Shown here: one piece after another, positions 34,845-43,161 of the stretch | Layout: each line of letters begins with the position of its first letter | Position numbering within the stretch: the stretch's first letter is position 1 | Source of the DNA: an uncultured Thermotogae bacterium | GTDB taxonomy: Bacteria; Bipolaricaulota; Bipolaricaulia; UBA7950; UBA9294 | DNA length: 64,000 bases | NCBI GenBank assembly: GCA_964530075.1 | Contig: CAZGXU010000003.1 | Coordinates: 680 to 64,679, forward strand | Direction: 5' to 3' | The notes under the pieces: model-generated | The model's input: the letters and a program-made list of their open reading frames with translations, nothing else | Database searches by the model: none | What the model was told of the DNA's origin: nothing | Program-made: the position numbers and the translations under genes

Positions 34845-36179
34845 CTACTCGGCGGTGATCGAGATCCCTTCGAGGCGGAGGAAGGGGAACGTGTAGTTGA
34901 ACACGCTCTCCGTCTCCCGCGAGATGCCCGACAGCGTCTTCAGCGCCTCGAAGAGGTTCCCGGCGATCAGCGTTCCGGAGACCGCCCGGTCGACCTTCCC
35001 ATCCACGATCAGATGAGCGGCCTTGGCCACGCCGGAGAAGTCGCCGGAGACCGGATCTGTGTTTCCCGAGAAGCGATTGACGAGCAGCCCGCGCTTCACC
35101 CCCGAGATCAGATCCTCCTTGGCCGCCTCGCTGGGGAGGATCGAGAAGTTGGTCGGTCCGATCGCCGGGAGAGAGCCGGCCGATCCGGCCGCGTGTCCCG
35201 TGTTCGGGGCGTCGAACGCGTGAGCGGTGTATGCGTTGTGCATGAACGACCGCAGAACCCCTCCCTCGATCAGGGGAAGCCGCCGGTGCGGGACCCCCTC
35301 GCGGTCGAACGAGGAAGTCGCGACGCCGCCCGGGATCCGACCGTCGTCGACGAGGGCGAACTCGGGGACGGCGACGGGCTCGCCGAGCGCGTCCTTCCAA
35401 CGGGACATCCCGCGCAGCGCGTTCCGCGCGTTCAGCTGAAACTGGAGCGGGGCGAACAGGTCGAGCACGGCGTACGGGTCGAGGACGACCGGGCCGTTGA
35501 AGGTCTCGCCCTTCTCGGCGCCGAGTGATCCGAGCGCGTTCGCGCTCGATCGACGGGCGATCGGCTCGACGTCGATCGCGCCGACGCTCCGTGTCGCGCC
35601 GACCTTGCCGTCCATGTTCGAGACCGCCTTGCCGTCGCGCGCCGTGGTGAGGACGCTGTAGGTGAACAAGCTGCCCTGTTCTTGGGCCTCGGCGCCCGCG
35701 GAGTTGACGAGGACGCGGTCGCGGATCTCGGCGGTGAACTCCGCCTCGCCGACGATGACCCGTCGGTCGACCGACTTCGCCGTCTCCAGGATTCGGATCG
35801 TCTGCTTGACCGCGTCGGCGGTGGTGAACGCGTCGGCGGCCGGGTCGTACGTGCCGGCGACCGGACCGACCGCCGTCGGCTCCGGGAGGACGTTGTGGGG
35901 ATCCCCGGGCGATGCCTTCGCCAGGGTGACCGCGTCGACGGCCGCGTCCTCCAGCCTGGCCAGCGTGTTCGTGCTGGCGAAGCCAACTTGCGCCCCGACG
36001 AACGCGCGAAGGCCGATCCGCGTCTCCTGCCGGCTCTTGGAGATCTGCAGGTCGTCCTTCTCCGCGGCGGACGTGATCGTTCGCGTCGTCTGACCGAAGA
36101 CCTCCGCCCGATCGGCGCCGTGTTGCCGGAGGAGGTCGAGCGCCCGTTGACACTGGTCGAGAAGGTTGTGCTCGCTCAT
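34845..36179 (-). CDS. pmbA: PmbA/TldE-family metalloprotease subunit
   Basis: Start reassigned to ATG 36179 (ATGA overlap with tldD). Typical PmbA family organisation and length (444 aa). Confidence 0.85.
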   Translation of the reverse strand: MSEHNLLDQCQRALDLLRQHGADRAEVFGQTTRTITSAAEKDDLQISKSRQETRIGLRAFVGAQVGFASTNTLARLEDAAVDAVTLAKASPGDPHNVLPEPTAVGPVAGTYDPAADAFTTADAVKQTIRILETAKSVDRRVIVGEAEFTAEIRDRVLVNSAGAEAQEQGSLFTYSVLTTARDGKAVSNMDGKVGATRSVGAIDVEPIARRSSANALGSLGAEKGETFNGPVVLDPYAVLDLFAPLQFQLNARNALRGMSRWKDALGEPVAVPEFALVDDGRIPGGVATSSFDREGVPHRRLPLIEGGVLRSFMHNAYTAHAFDAPNTGHAAGSAGSLPAIGPTNFSILPSEAAKEDLISGVKRGLLVNRFSGNTDPVSGDFSGVAKAAHLIVDGKVDRAVSGTLIAGNLFEALKTLSGISRETESVFNYTFPFLRLEGISITAE

Positions 36180-37570
36180 GTTTGTCGCCCTCCAATCGTC
36201 AGCGCGCAGCGAAGGTAAGGCCCGCCGAGATCGACCTTCGCCAGTTGGCCCTTGCCGCAGGCCCCGGCGCCGTGCTCCCACGCGAAGTCGTCCCCGACCG
36301 CGTCGACCGATTTGAGCACGTCGAACGCGTTCCCGGAGATCGTCGCGCCACGGACGAGCTCGCCGATCTTCCCATCGACGATCCGGTGAGCCTCCCGGAC
36401 GCCGAACATGAACTCGGCGTTCGAGTCGGCCTGTCCGCTCATCCCGAGCTCGCGGAGGTAGTACCCCTCCTTGACCCAGCCGATCATCTCATCGAGCGGC
36501 GTCTCCCCCGGTTCGATGTACGTGTTGCGCATCCGGATGATCGGGTCGTCGCTGTACACGTACGCGCGGGCGTTCCCCGTCGGGGCGACGCCGTAGTGCG
36601 CCGCCGTCTCGCGATTGTGCAGGAACGAGCGGAGGACGCCCTTCTCGATGATTACCGTCCGCCGCGTCAGCACCCCTTCGTCATCGACGGGGAGGATCCC
36701 GACCGCATAGGGAGAATACTCGGTCGCTCCGCTGTCGCAGAGCGTGATCAGCTCGGACGCGACGACCTCCCCGATCTTGTCGGACGTGATCGCGCCGCCG
36801 AGCACGATGTCCGCCTCGACGGTGTGACCGATCGCCTCGTGACAGAGGACACCGACCAGTCCGGGATCGAGGACGACGACGCTCGTCCCGCCGGACGGAT
36901 GCGGAGCCGCGAGCTGATCGACGGCGACCTGAACCGCTTTGTCCGCGAGTTCCTCGGGGGCGACGATCCCGAGCAGGTCCGACCATCCGCCGGTGACGCC
37001 GGAGCTCTCGTGTCCCATCGTCTGATCGCCGTTTCGTCCCGCGACGGCGATTGCGCGAAGCTCGGGCTTCGAATCGAAGACGTGGGCCGACGCGCCGTCG
37101 CTCGTGACGATGATCTTCTCGTCCTGGATCTCCCCGTAGGAGGCCATGCTCGAAGCGATTTCCTTCGCCCCGGATCGGACCCGTTCGTCGAGGCGGAGGA
37201 CGAGCGCCAGTTTCTCCTCCAGCGAGTGCGCGTCGAGGGGATCATCGGTCGCGACGGGGAACGCGCCGGTCGCCATCGATGCATCGGCGAGTCCCTTGAT
37301 CCGCTCCTTCTTCGCTCCAGCCGACGTCTTGGCCGCGCTCCGCGCCGCCTCGATCGCAGCGAGGACCCCGCGCTCGGAGGCGTCGGTCGTGCTGGCGAAT
37401 CCGAACACACCGTCGACGAGTGCCCGCACGCCGAGACCGGCGAGGAGCGCGCTCGATGATTCCTCAAGGTTGCCGTTGCGGACGGTGATCCGCTTCGTGC
37501 TCCGCGCTTGATAGCGAAGTTCGACCCAACCGCCCGCGCCGGCCACGGTCCTTTCGAGTAGCTTCTGCAT
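36176..37570 (-). CDS. tldD: TldD-family metalloprotease
   Basis: Start reassigned to ATG 37570 (GAAGGAGG upstream). Contains HEAIGHTVE (HExxxH metal site). Confidence 0.9.
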   Translation of the reverse strand: MQKLLERTVAGAGGWVELRYQARSTKRITVRNGNLEESSSALLAGLGVRALVDGVFGFASTTDASERGVLAAIEAARSAAKTSAGAKKERIKGLADASMATGAFPVATDDPLDAHSLEEKLALVLRLDERVRSGAKEIASSMASYGEIQDEKIIVTSDGASAHVFDSKPELRAIAVAGRNGDQTMGHESSGVTGGWSDLLGIVAPEELADKAVQVAVDQLAAPHPSGGTSVVVLDPGLVGVLCHEAIGHTVEADIVLGGAITSDKIGEVVASELITLCDSGATEYSPYAVGILPVDDEGVLTRRTVIIEKGVLRSFLHNRETAAHYGVAPTGNARAYVYSDDPIIRMRNTYIEPGETPLDEMIGWVKEGYYLRELGMSGQADSNAEFMFGVREAHRIVDGKIGELVRGATISGNAFDVLKSVDAVGDDFAWEHGAGACGKGQLAKVDLGGPYLRCALTIGGRQT

Positions 37571-37742
37571 TCGGCCTCCTTCGTAGTCCTGGATGTACCG
37601 GATCCTCATCCGGTAAGTATGGCGTTCGCCGACGGAAGTTCAACGCGGCACCGGGATCGGATCGGCGCGCCGGGGCGAGGCGACTTGCCGCAGCGGTCGA
37701 TATGGGGTAGGAAGGAGCGTCCGTAGAATCACAGGAGGGGAC

Positions 37743-39140
37743 ATGCGCTGGAAGACGATCGTTGCTGTCGGATTGGCTTGCCTGCTTGGGACGGCGGGGT
37801 ACGCGCTCGACGAAGAGGCGAGCGGCGAGCGCATCTTGTTCGGTCTCGGTGGGTCGACCCTCGGGCTGTTCTTTCCGGGTCTCTCCGAGGTCGACACGTT
37901 CCTGATGGACAACGGCTTCGGCTCCTTCGGCGACGCGTTCCTGTTCACCGGCGGCCGTGGGCGAGGGGGGGCGCTCCACGGCGTCTCGGTCGGCGGGATC
38001 GGCTGGAGCGGCGAGGCGACGAGCTCCTCGGAGGACCGCCACGCCGAGCTGTCGATCGGGTTCGGCGGTCTCGAGCTGGGGTGGGTGATCGGCGGAGACG
38101 AGCGATCGTTGCTGACGCTCGGCGCCGTCCTCGGCGGCGGCGGGGCGTCGCTCACCCTGGTCGGGAGGCCGGCCGCGCCGGGCGGGGAGGACGATCCGTT
38201 CGGTCCCTGCGGAATCGTTCCTGAACCGGTGACCCTCCGCAGGAGCGAGGCGCTCTTTGCGATCGAGCCGTTCGTTAGCCTGCAGGCCCAGCCGCTTCGC
38301 CACCTCGGGTTCGAGCTTCACCTCGGGTACCTCCTGCCGCTCTTCACCTTCGAATGGGGAGACGCGGAGCTGAAAGCGGCCTCGCCGGGGCTCTCCGGGC
38401 CGGTCGTCGGCCTGTCGGTGACGTGGGGAGCGATCGGCGCGCTTCTCGATCGGCCGAGGCTCGTGGAGACGATCGAAGAGGCCGTCTCGCTCGCCGGTCC
38501 CTGCGTCGAGATCGACAACGCGATCGGGCAAATCACGGTCGAGACGGCCGAGAGCACCGACGCGGACTCGGAGGTCCGGATCGTCGCCGTGAAGCGGGCG
38601 CGTTCGGAATCGATCCTCGACCGGGTGTCGATTCTGATCGAGCCGACCCGATGCGGGCTGACCGTCCATTCCAAAGGGCCGCGACATGGCTACTGGGAGA
38701 TCGAGTATACGGTCACCGTCCCGGCCGGAACCGAGATCGACGCGAAGCAGGCCGCCGGGGACGTCCGATTGACCGGTGTCGTGGGGACCGCGTCGATCGA
38801 GCTCGGCCTCGGAGAGATTGAGGTCGACGGGCTGATCGGTCCTTCGCTCACGATCGGCTCCGGCGCGGGCGACGTCCACCTCGCTGGTGTCGCCGCCGAA
38901 GAGATCGAGGTCAAGCTCGGAACCGGGGACATCGAAATCCTCTTGCCGACCGAGGCTTCGTATGCGGTCGCTGCCGGGGTCGGGATCGGTGGGATCGTCG
39001 TCGGGCCGTTCCCCGGGTTCGAGGAGATCCAGGCGGGCGGGCTCGGCAGCAGCGTCGAGGCGACCCTCGGCGAAGGGGCCGGAGATCTGTCGGTCCATCT
39101 GGGGGTCGGGGAGATCGCCATACGGCCGGTGTCGGACTAG
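37743..39140 (+). CDS. Secreted two-domain protein: Gly-rich beta-rich N-domain plus C-terminal DUF4097-like beta-helix (putative adhesin)
   Basis: Signal peptide MRWKTIVAVGLACLLGTAGYA. The C-terminal repeats GDVRLTGV...GEIEVDGL...GDVHLAGV...GDIEILLP...GEIAIRP match the DUF4097 pattern. Confidence 0.75.
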   Translation: MRWKTIVAVGLACLLGTAGYALDEEASGERILFGLGGSTLGLFFPGLSEVDTFLMDNGFGSFGDAFLFTGGRGRGGALHGVSVGGIGWSGEATSSSEDRHAELSIGFGGLELGWVIGGDERSLLTLGAVLGGGGASLTLVGRPAAPGGEDDPFGPCGIVPEPVTLRRSEALFAIEPFVSLQAQPLRHLGFELHLGYLLPLFTFEWGDAELKAASPGLSGPVVGLSVTWGAIGALLDRPRLVETIEEAVSLAGPCVEIDNAIGQITVETAESTDADSEVRIVAVKRARSESILDRVSILIEPTRCGLTVHSKGPRHGYWEIEYTVTVPAGTEIDAKQAAGDVRLTGVVGTASIELGLGEIEVDGLIGPSLTIGSGAGDVHLAGVAAEEIEVKLGTGDIEILLPTEASYAVAAGVGIGGIVVGPFPGFEEIQAGGLGSSVEATLGEGAGDLSVHLGVGEIAIRPVSD

Positions 39141-39174
39141 CCGTCGATCGGGCCGATACCCAATAGGAGGGGAC

Positions 39175-39999
39175 GTGGAAGACAACCCGGTCATCGAGGC
39201 GATGCTCCAGCGGAAGTCGATCCGGGCGTTCACCGAAGAGGAGCCGGCTCGGGAGGCCATCGAGGCGGTCGTGCGAGCCGGCCAGGGGGCGCCGTTCGCC
39301 GCGCAGCTCGGAAGCCTCCTCCTCAAGCGGGACCGCGAGGCGAACCCGTTTCGCGCTCCGCTTCTGTTCACGGTCTGCGTCGACGTGCATCGGATGGAAC
39401 GCGTCATGGAGGCGCGAGGGTGGCGGCGTGTCATGTGCGATCTCTCGACGCTCCTTCTCGGGATTCAGGACGCGGCCTACATGGCTCAGAACATGGTTCA
39501 GGCCGCCGAATCGTTGGGTCTTGGAAGCTGCTTCTTGGGGGCGGCCCCCCACGACGCGAAGCGGATCGTGGAGGAATACGGCCTGCCGCCGCGCGTCTTC
39601 CCCCTCGTTCAGCTGGCGATGGGCTATCCGGCGGAGGACCCCCCCGTCCGCCCGCGCTATCCGATCGAGTTCTCCCTGTTCGAGGACCGGTACCCCGAGC
39701 TCGACAGTGCGTCGGTCGAGCGGGCGATGGCCTCGATGGACGAGGGATACCTCGCCCAGGATTACTACCGATCGCGGGGCACGAAGCTCCCGCTGGAGGA
39801 GGGGCGCGAGGAGACGTTCACGTACGACGACTACTCGTGGACCGAGCACATCTCGAGGAAGCTCGGCCAGTGGGGGAAGGATCCGGGTGAGCTCCTCCGC
39901 GCGCTGGCGGCGTGCGGGTTCGACCTCTCCGGGGAGGCCGGCGGGGGGGCGGGTAAGGCGCGATGGACCGGGCGCGGGGACTGCTTGACACGCACGTAG
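39175..39999 (+). CDS. Nitroreductase-family flavoprotein with a C-terminal extension
   Basis: GTG 39175 (TAGGAGGGG upstream). LQRKSIRAFTEE...QDAAYMAQNMVQAAESLGLGSCFLG, typical of the nitroreductase fold. Confidence 0.75.
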   Translation: MEDNPVIEAMLQRKSIRAFTEEEPAREAIEAVVRAGQGAPFAAQLGSLLLKRDREANPFRAPLLFTVCVDVHRMERVMEARGWRRVMCDLSTLLLGIQDAAYMAQNMVQAAESLGLGSCFLGAAPHDAKRIVEEYGLPPRVFPLVQLAMGYPAEDPPVRPRYPIEFSLFEDRYPELDSASVERAMASMDEGYLAQDYYRSRGTKLPLEEGREETFTYDDYSWTEHISRKLGQWGKDPGELLRALAACGFDLSGEAGGGAGKARWTGRGDCLTRT

Positions 40000-40014
40000 A
40001 CCCCCTCATATCCT
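39985..40014 (+). promoter_or_regulatory. Putative promoter of the tRNA-Met-rnhA-dtd unit: TTGACA-18-TATCCT
   Basis: Read directly. The -35 lies inside the last codons of the nitroreductase gene. Confidence 0.4.
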
Positions 40015-40027
40015 CCGTGTCGGAGAC

Positions 40028-40099
40028 GGGTCCATAGCTCAGGGGCAGAGCAGCCGGCTCATAACCGGTCGGTCCCAGGTTCGAATCCTGGTGGACCCA
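40028..40099 (+). tRNA. tRNA with CAT anticodon (elongator Met or lysidine-modified Ile2; not an initiator)
   Basis: Hand-folded cloverleaf: acceptor GGGTCCA/TGGACCC, D arm GCTC-AGGGGCA-GAGC, anticodon arm GCCGG-CTCATAA-CCGGT, T arm CCAGG-TTCGAAT-CCTGG, discriminator A. The G1-C72 pair and the absence of a GGG/CCC anticodon stem argue against tRNA-fMet. CCA is not encoded. Confidence 0.9.
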
Positions 40100-40103
40100 C
40101 AGG

Positions 40104-40625
40104 ATGAAGAAGCTCTTTGTGTACATCGACGGAGCGGCGAGGGGAGAGCCCGGGGAGGCGGGGATCGGGATTGCAGTCACCGACCAGGACGGGGTCGTGA
40201 TCGACGAGGTCTCGCGGCTGATCGGCCGGGCGACGACCGAAGTCGCCGAGTACCGAGCGCTGATCGAGGCCGCCCGGCACGTCGCGACGTACGACCCGGA
40301 CTCGGTCATCTTCTTCACCGACAACCAGCGCGTCGCCAACTACGTCAACCGGGTCTTCGAGGCCCGCGAGCCGCACGTCAAGCGACTGATCGAGGTCGCG
40401 CTGGGCCTTCTCAATCGGATCCCCCAGTGGCGGGTCAACTATGTCGATCGTGAAGCCAACGTGCGCGCCCCGCGGCTCGTCGAGCAGGCGTTCCACCAGA
40501 GCATCCAGGCGCAAGTGACGCGGGAGCGGATGGAGCTGGTCCTCCTCGCCCGGGCGTCGACGTTGAGCGACGAGGCGATGCAGCGGCTGATCGACTACGC
40601 CGAGCGGCTGCAGGAAGAGGGCTGA
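40104..40625 (+). CDS. rnhA: RNase H (type 1, archaeal/actinobacterial-like)
   Basis: DEDD residues in context: YIDGAARG, AEYRALI, FTDNQ and VDREANVRA. Confidence 0.8.
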   Translation: MKKLFVYIDGAARGEPGEAGIGIAVTDQDGVVIDEVSRLIGRATTEVAEYRALIEAARHVATYDPDSVIFFTDNQRVANYVNRVFEAREPHVKRLIEVALGLLNRIPQWRVNYVDREANVRAPRLVEQAFHQSIQAQVTRERMELVLLARASTLSDEAMQRLIDYAERLQEEG

Positions 40626-40628
40626 CCG

Positions 40629-41087
40629 ATGCGGCTCGTCGTGCAACGGGTGAAGCGCGCTTCCGTCGAGGTCGCCGAAGAGCGGGTCGCTCAGATCGGG
40701 AGAGGCCTCCTGCTCTTGGTCGGGATCGCTCCGAACGACGCGGAGGTGAACCTGCGAAAGGCCGCGAGGAAGGTCGTCGAGTTGCGCGTCTTCGAGGACG
40801 ACGAGGGGAAGATGAACCGTTCCCTCCGGGATGTCGGGGGGGAGGTCCTCGCCGTGTCCCAGTTCACGCTGTACGGGGACACGCGCAAGGGGAGGAGGCC
40901 GAGCTTCGTCGGGGCGGCCGTCCCCGAGATCGCCGAGCCGCTGTTCGAGACGTTCGTCGACGCGATCCGCGCACAGGGGGTCGATGTCGAGACGGGGCGA
41001 TTCGGCGCGAAGATGGCGGTCGAGCTGGTCAACGACGGGCCGGTGACGCTTGTGATCGAGGTGGCGCCGTCCTCATCGGTCGGCTAA
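40629..41087 (+). CDS. dtd: D-aminoacyl-tRNA deacylase
   Basis: MRLVVQRV..., SQFTLYGD and NDGPVT motifs. Confidence 0.95.
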   Translation: MRLVVQRVKRASVEVAEERVAQIGRGLLLLVGIAPNDAEVNLRKAARKVVELRVFEDDEGKMNRSLRDVGGEVLAVSQFTLYGDTRKGRRPSFVGAAVPEIAEPLFETFVDAIRAQGVDVETGRFGAKMAVELVNDGPVTLVIEVAPSSSVG

Positions 41088-41142
41088 ACTCAGGACCTCT
41101 GCGGCCTTCAATCCTCATGGAGGCTCGCGCGTGGGAGGAACG

Positions 41143-41334
41143 ATGGCGGTCCCCAAGTACAGAACATCCAGGGCGAAGGGACGTGCGCGTCGCAACCATT
41201 GGCGGAAGACCGCACCGGTTGCGGTAAGCGAGTGTCCGCATTGTCACGAGACGAAGCTGCCGCACCGGGCGTGCCCGCACTGCGGGTACTACAACGGGAT
41301 GGAGATCGTCTCTCACGCGAAGGACGAGGGCTAG
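41143..41334 (+). CDS. rpmF: 50S ribosomal protein L32
   Basis: ATG 41143 (GGGAGGA upstream). MAVPKYRTSRAKGRARR and the zinc ribbon CPHC...CPHCG. Confidence 0.95.
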   Translation: MAVPKYRTSRAKGRARRNHWRKTAPVAVSECPHCHETKLPHRACPHCGYYNGMEIVSHAKDEG

Positions 41335-41352
41335 GCCGTCCACCGATCCGGG

Positions 41353-41634
41353 CTAACCGGATTCCCCTTCCGATGATTCCTTGTCGGCCTTCTTCGCTCG
41401 CTTGACCTCCGCCTTGGCTCGCTTCTTCTCGATCTTGGCCTGAGCTCCGAGCCGCGCCTTCTCGATCTCGACGTCCGGCGGCGTCGAGGCCGGCTCCGAA
41501 GAGGTCTTCCGCCGTCGGCGCTCGACCAGCCTCAGCGCGAAGGACCTGCCGAACTGACCGATGAACCCGGCGGCGAGCACCAACAAAACCCACTTGAGAA
41601 CGTCCCACACCGCTTCGAAAGTCACGTCCGGCAT
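41353..41634 (-). CDS. Small single-pass membrane protein with a Lys/Glu-rich tail
   Basis: ATG 41634. MPDVTFEAVWDVLKWVLLVLAAGFIGQFG, then RRRRK...EIEKARLGAQAKIEKKRAKAEVKRAKKADKE. Divergent from ftsZ. Confidence 0.6.
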   Translation of the reverse strand: MPDVTFEAVWDVLKWVLLVLAAGFIGQFGRSFALRLVERRRRKTSSEPASTPPDVEIEKARLGAQAKIEKKRAKAEVKRAKKADKESSEGESG

Positions 41635-41697
41635 GGTAGATGAAGGGCGGGCGAGCCACAAGCGCGCGACGCGGGGACGATCCGGCTCGGATCGCTG

Positions 41698-41726
41698 TTG
41701 ACATGTGCGAGATTCCCGTACAGAAT
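41698..41726 (+). promoter_or_regulatory. Putative ftsZ promoter: TTGACA-17-CAGAAT
   Basis: Read directly. GGGAG Shine-Dalgarno at 41733-41737 and ATG 41745 follow. Confidence 0.5.
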
Positions 41727-41744
41727 GGCACAGGGAGCGATGCA

Positions 41745-43100
41745 ATGTCGGATTTGAATGCAGGGCAGACATCGGACGGGGGACTTCGAGATCGTTGGCG
41801 CGACGTCCTGAGCGCCATCGACGATCGAATCCTCCGAGCCTGTCTGCCGACGGACGTCGCGTCGATCTCGCTCGACGAGGACCAGCTGTTCGTTTCCGTC
41901 GACAGCGAGTTCAAGAAGGAGTACTGCCTGCGGAAGCTGGGGAAGCTTCAGGAGGCCGTCACGAAGACGCTCGGTCCGCACGAAGTGGTGATCGGCGAGC
42001 CACCGCTCGTCGAGCAGGTCCGAGAGCAGGAGCCTCAGCACGGAGCGAACGCGAGGATCCTCGTATTGGGCGTCGGCGACGGCGGCGTGAACGCCGTCGT
42101 GCGGATGCGCGAAGAACGATTGCAGGGCGTCCGGTTGGTCGCGGTCGATACCGATCGTCAGGTCCTCGATGCGGCGGCGATCGGGGAGACGCTGCAGTTG
42201 GGAATGGACATCACGAGCGGGCGCGGGACGGGCGGGGACCTCGAGAAGGGCCACCGCGCCGCGATGGAGTCGCGATGGGAGATCGCGAGCCTCGTTCGAG
42301 ACACGGACCTGGTGTTCATCACCGCCGGTCTCGGCGGCGGCACGGGGAGCGGGGCCGCCCCGGTCATCGCCGAGATCGCGAAGGAGGCCGACGCCTTGAC
42401 GGTTGGCGTTGTGACGAAGCCCTTCTCGTTCGAGGGGACCGTCCGGATGAACCATGCCAAGGCCGGCCTCGCCGAACTCCGGAGGGCGGCCGACGTCCTG
42501 ATCGTCATCTCCAACGATCGGCTCCTCGAGACGAACGCCCGCGGCCTACCGATGACGAAAGCGTTCGAGCTGGCCGATGAGATTCTCCATGAGGGCGTGC
42601 GCGGGATCTCCGATCTGATCACGATCCGCGGCCTGATCAACCTCGATTTCGCCGACATTCGAAGCGTCTTGGCCGGGGCCGGTGACGCGATGATGGGGAT
42701 GGGGCAGGCGACCGGAAAGCAGCGAGCCATCAATGCGGCGAAGTTCGCCAGCAGCAATCCGCTCCTCGAGGGGGATTCGATCCGCGGCGCGCGCAAGATG
42801 ATCATGAACGTCACCGGTGGCGACGACCTGACGCTGGGCGAGGTCACCGCTGCGGCCGATCACGTCCGCAAGGCCGCAGCGACGGAGTGCGACCTCGTCT
42901 TCGGCGCCGTCGTCCAGCCCGACTTCGCGGGGGGGATTCAGATCACGGTGATCGCGGCCGACTTCCAGGAGGCCGACACGATCGGCCGGGAGCGACGACG
43001 GCTGTCCCAACGGGAGCGAATCACGGTGGACAAGAACCTCGATGTCCCCACGTTCCTCCGGCGGGAGCGCGAGACGCAGCAGGATCAGGCGGAAACGTAG
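41745..43100 (+). CDS. ftsZ: Cell division GTPase FtsZ with a roughly 105-aa N-terminal extension
   Basis: Core motifs VLGVGDGGVNAV, GGGTGSGAAPVIA and NLDFADI, plus the C-terminal peptide DVPTFLRR. Start chosen at ATG 41745 from promoter/Shine-Dalgarno context (alternatives: ATG 41640, GTG 41985). Confidence 0.9.
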   Translation: MSDLNAGQTSDGGLRDRWRDVLSAIDDRILRACLPTDVASISLDEDQLFVSVDSEFKKEYCLRKLGKLQEAVTKTLGPHEVVIGEPPLVEQVREQEPQHGANARILVLGVGDGGVNAVVRMREERLQGVRLVAVDTDRQVLDAAAIGETLQLGMDITSGRGTGGDLEKGHRAAMESRWEIASLVRDTDLVFITAGLGGGTGSGAAPVIAEIAKEADALTVGVVTKPFSFEGTVRMNHAKAGLAELRRAADVLIVISNDRLLETNARGLPMTKAFELADEILHEGVRGISDLITIRGLINLDFADIRSVLAGAGDAMMGMGQATGKQRAINAAKFASSNPLLEGDSIRGARKMIMNVTGGDDLTLGEVTAAADHVRKAAATECDLVFGAVVQPDFAGGIQITVIAADFQEADTIGRERRRLSQRERITVDKNLDVPTFLRRERETQQDQAET

Positions 43101-43161
43101 TCGGGTCTCCTCGTGAAACCCTGGGCGGGGGTCCGGGGTAGAGACGCAGCAAGTGGTGGAC

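Noticed and set aside
37464-39434. 656-aa minus-strand ORF
   Set aside because: It lies antisense to the signal-peptide-bearing DUF4097 gene and to the start of the nitroreductase gene. The product has low complexity.
41640-41744. ATG 41640 as the ftsZ start (the 486-aa version in the ORF track)
   Set aside because: It would place the start codon 5 nt from the divergent gene's start and upstream of the only promoter-like element (41698-41726). This stretch has poorer codon bias. ATG 41745 has a Shine-Dalgarno.
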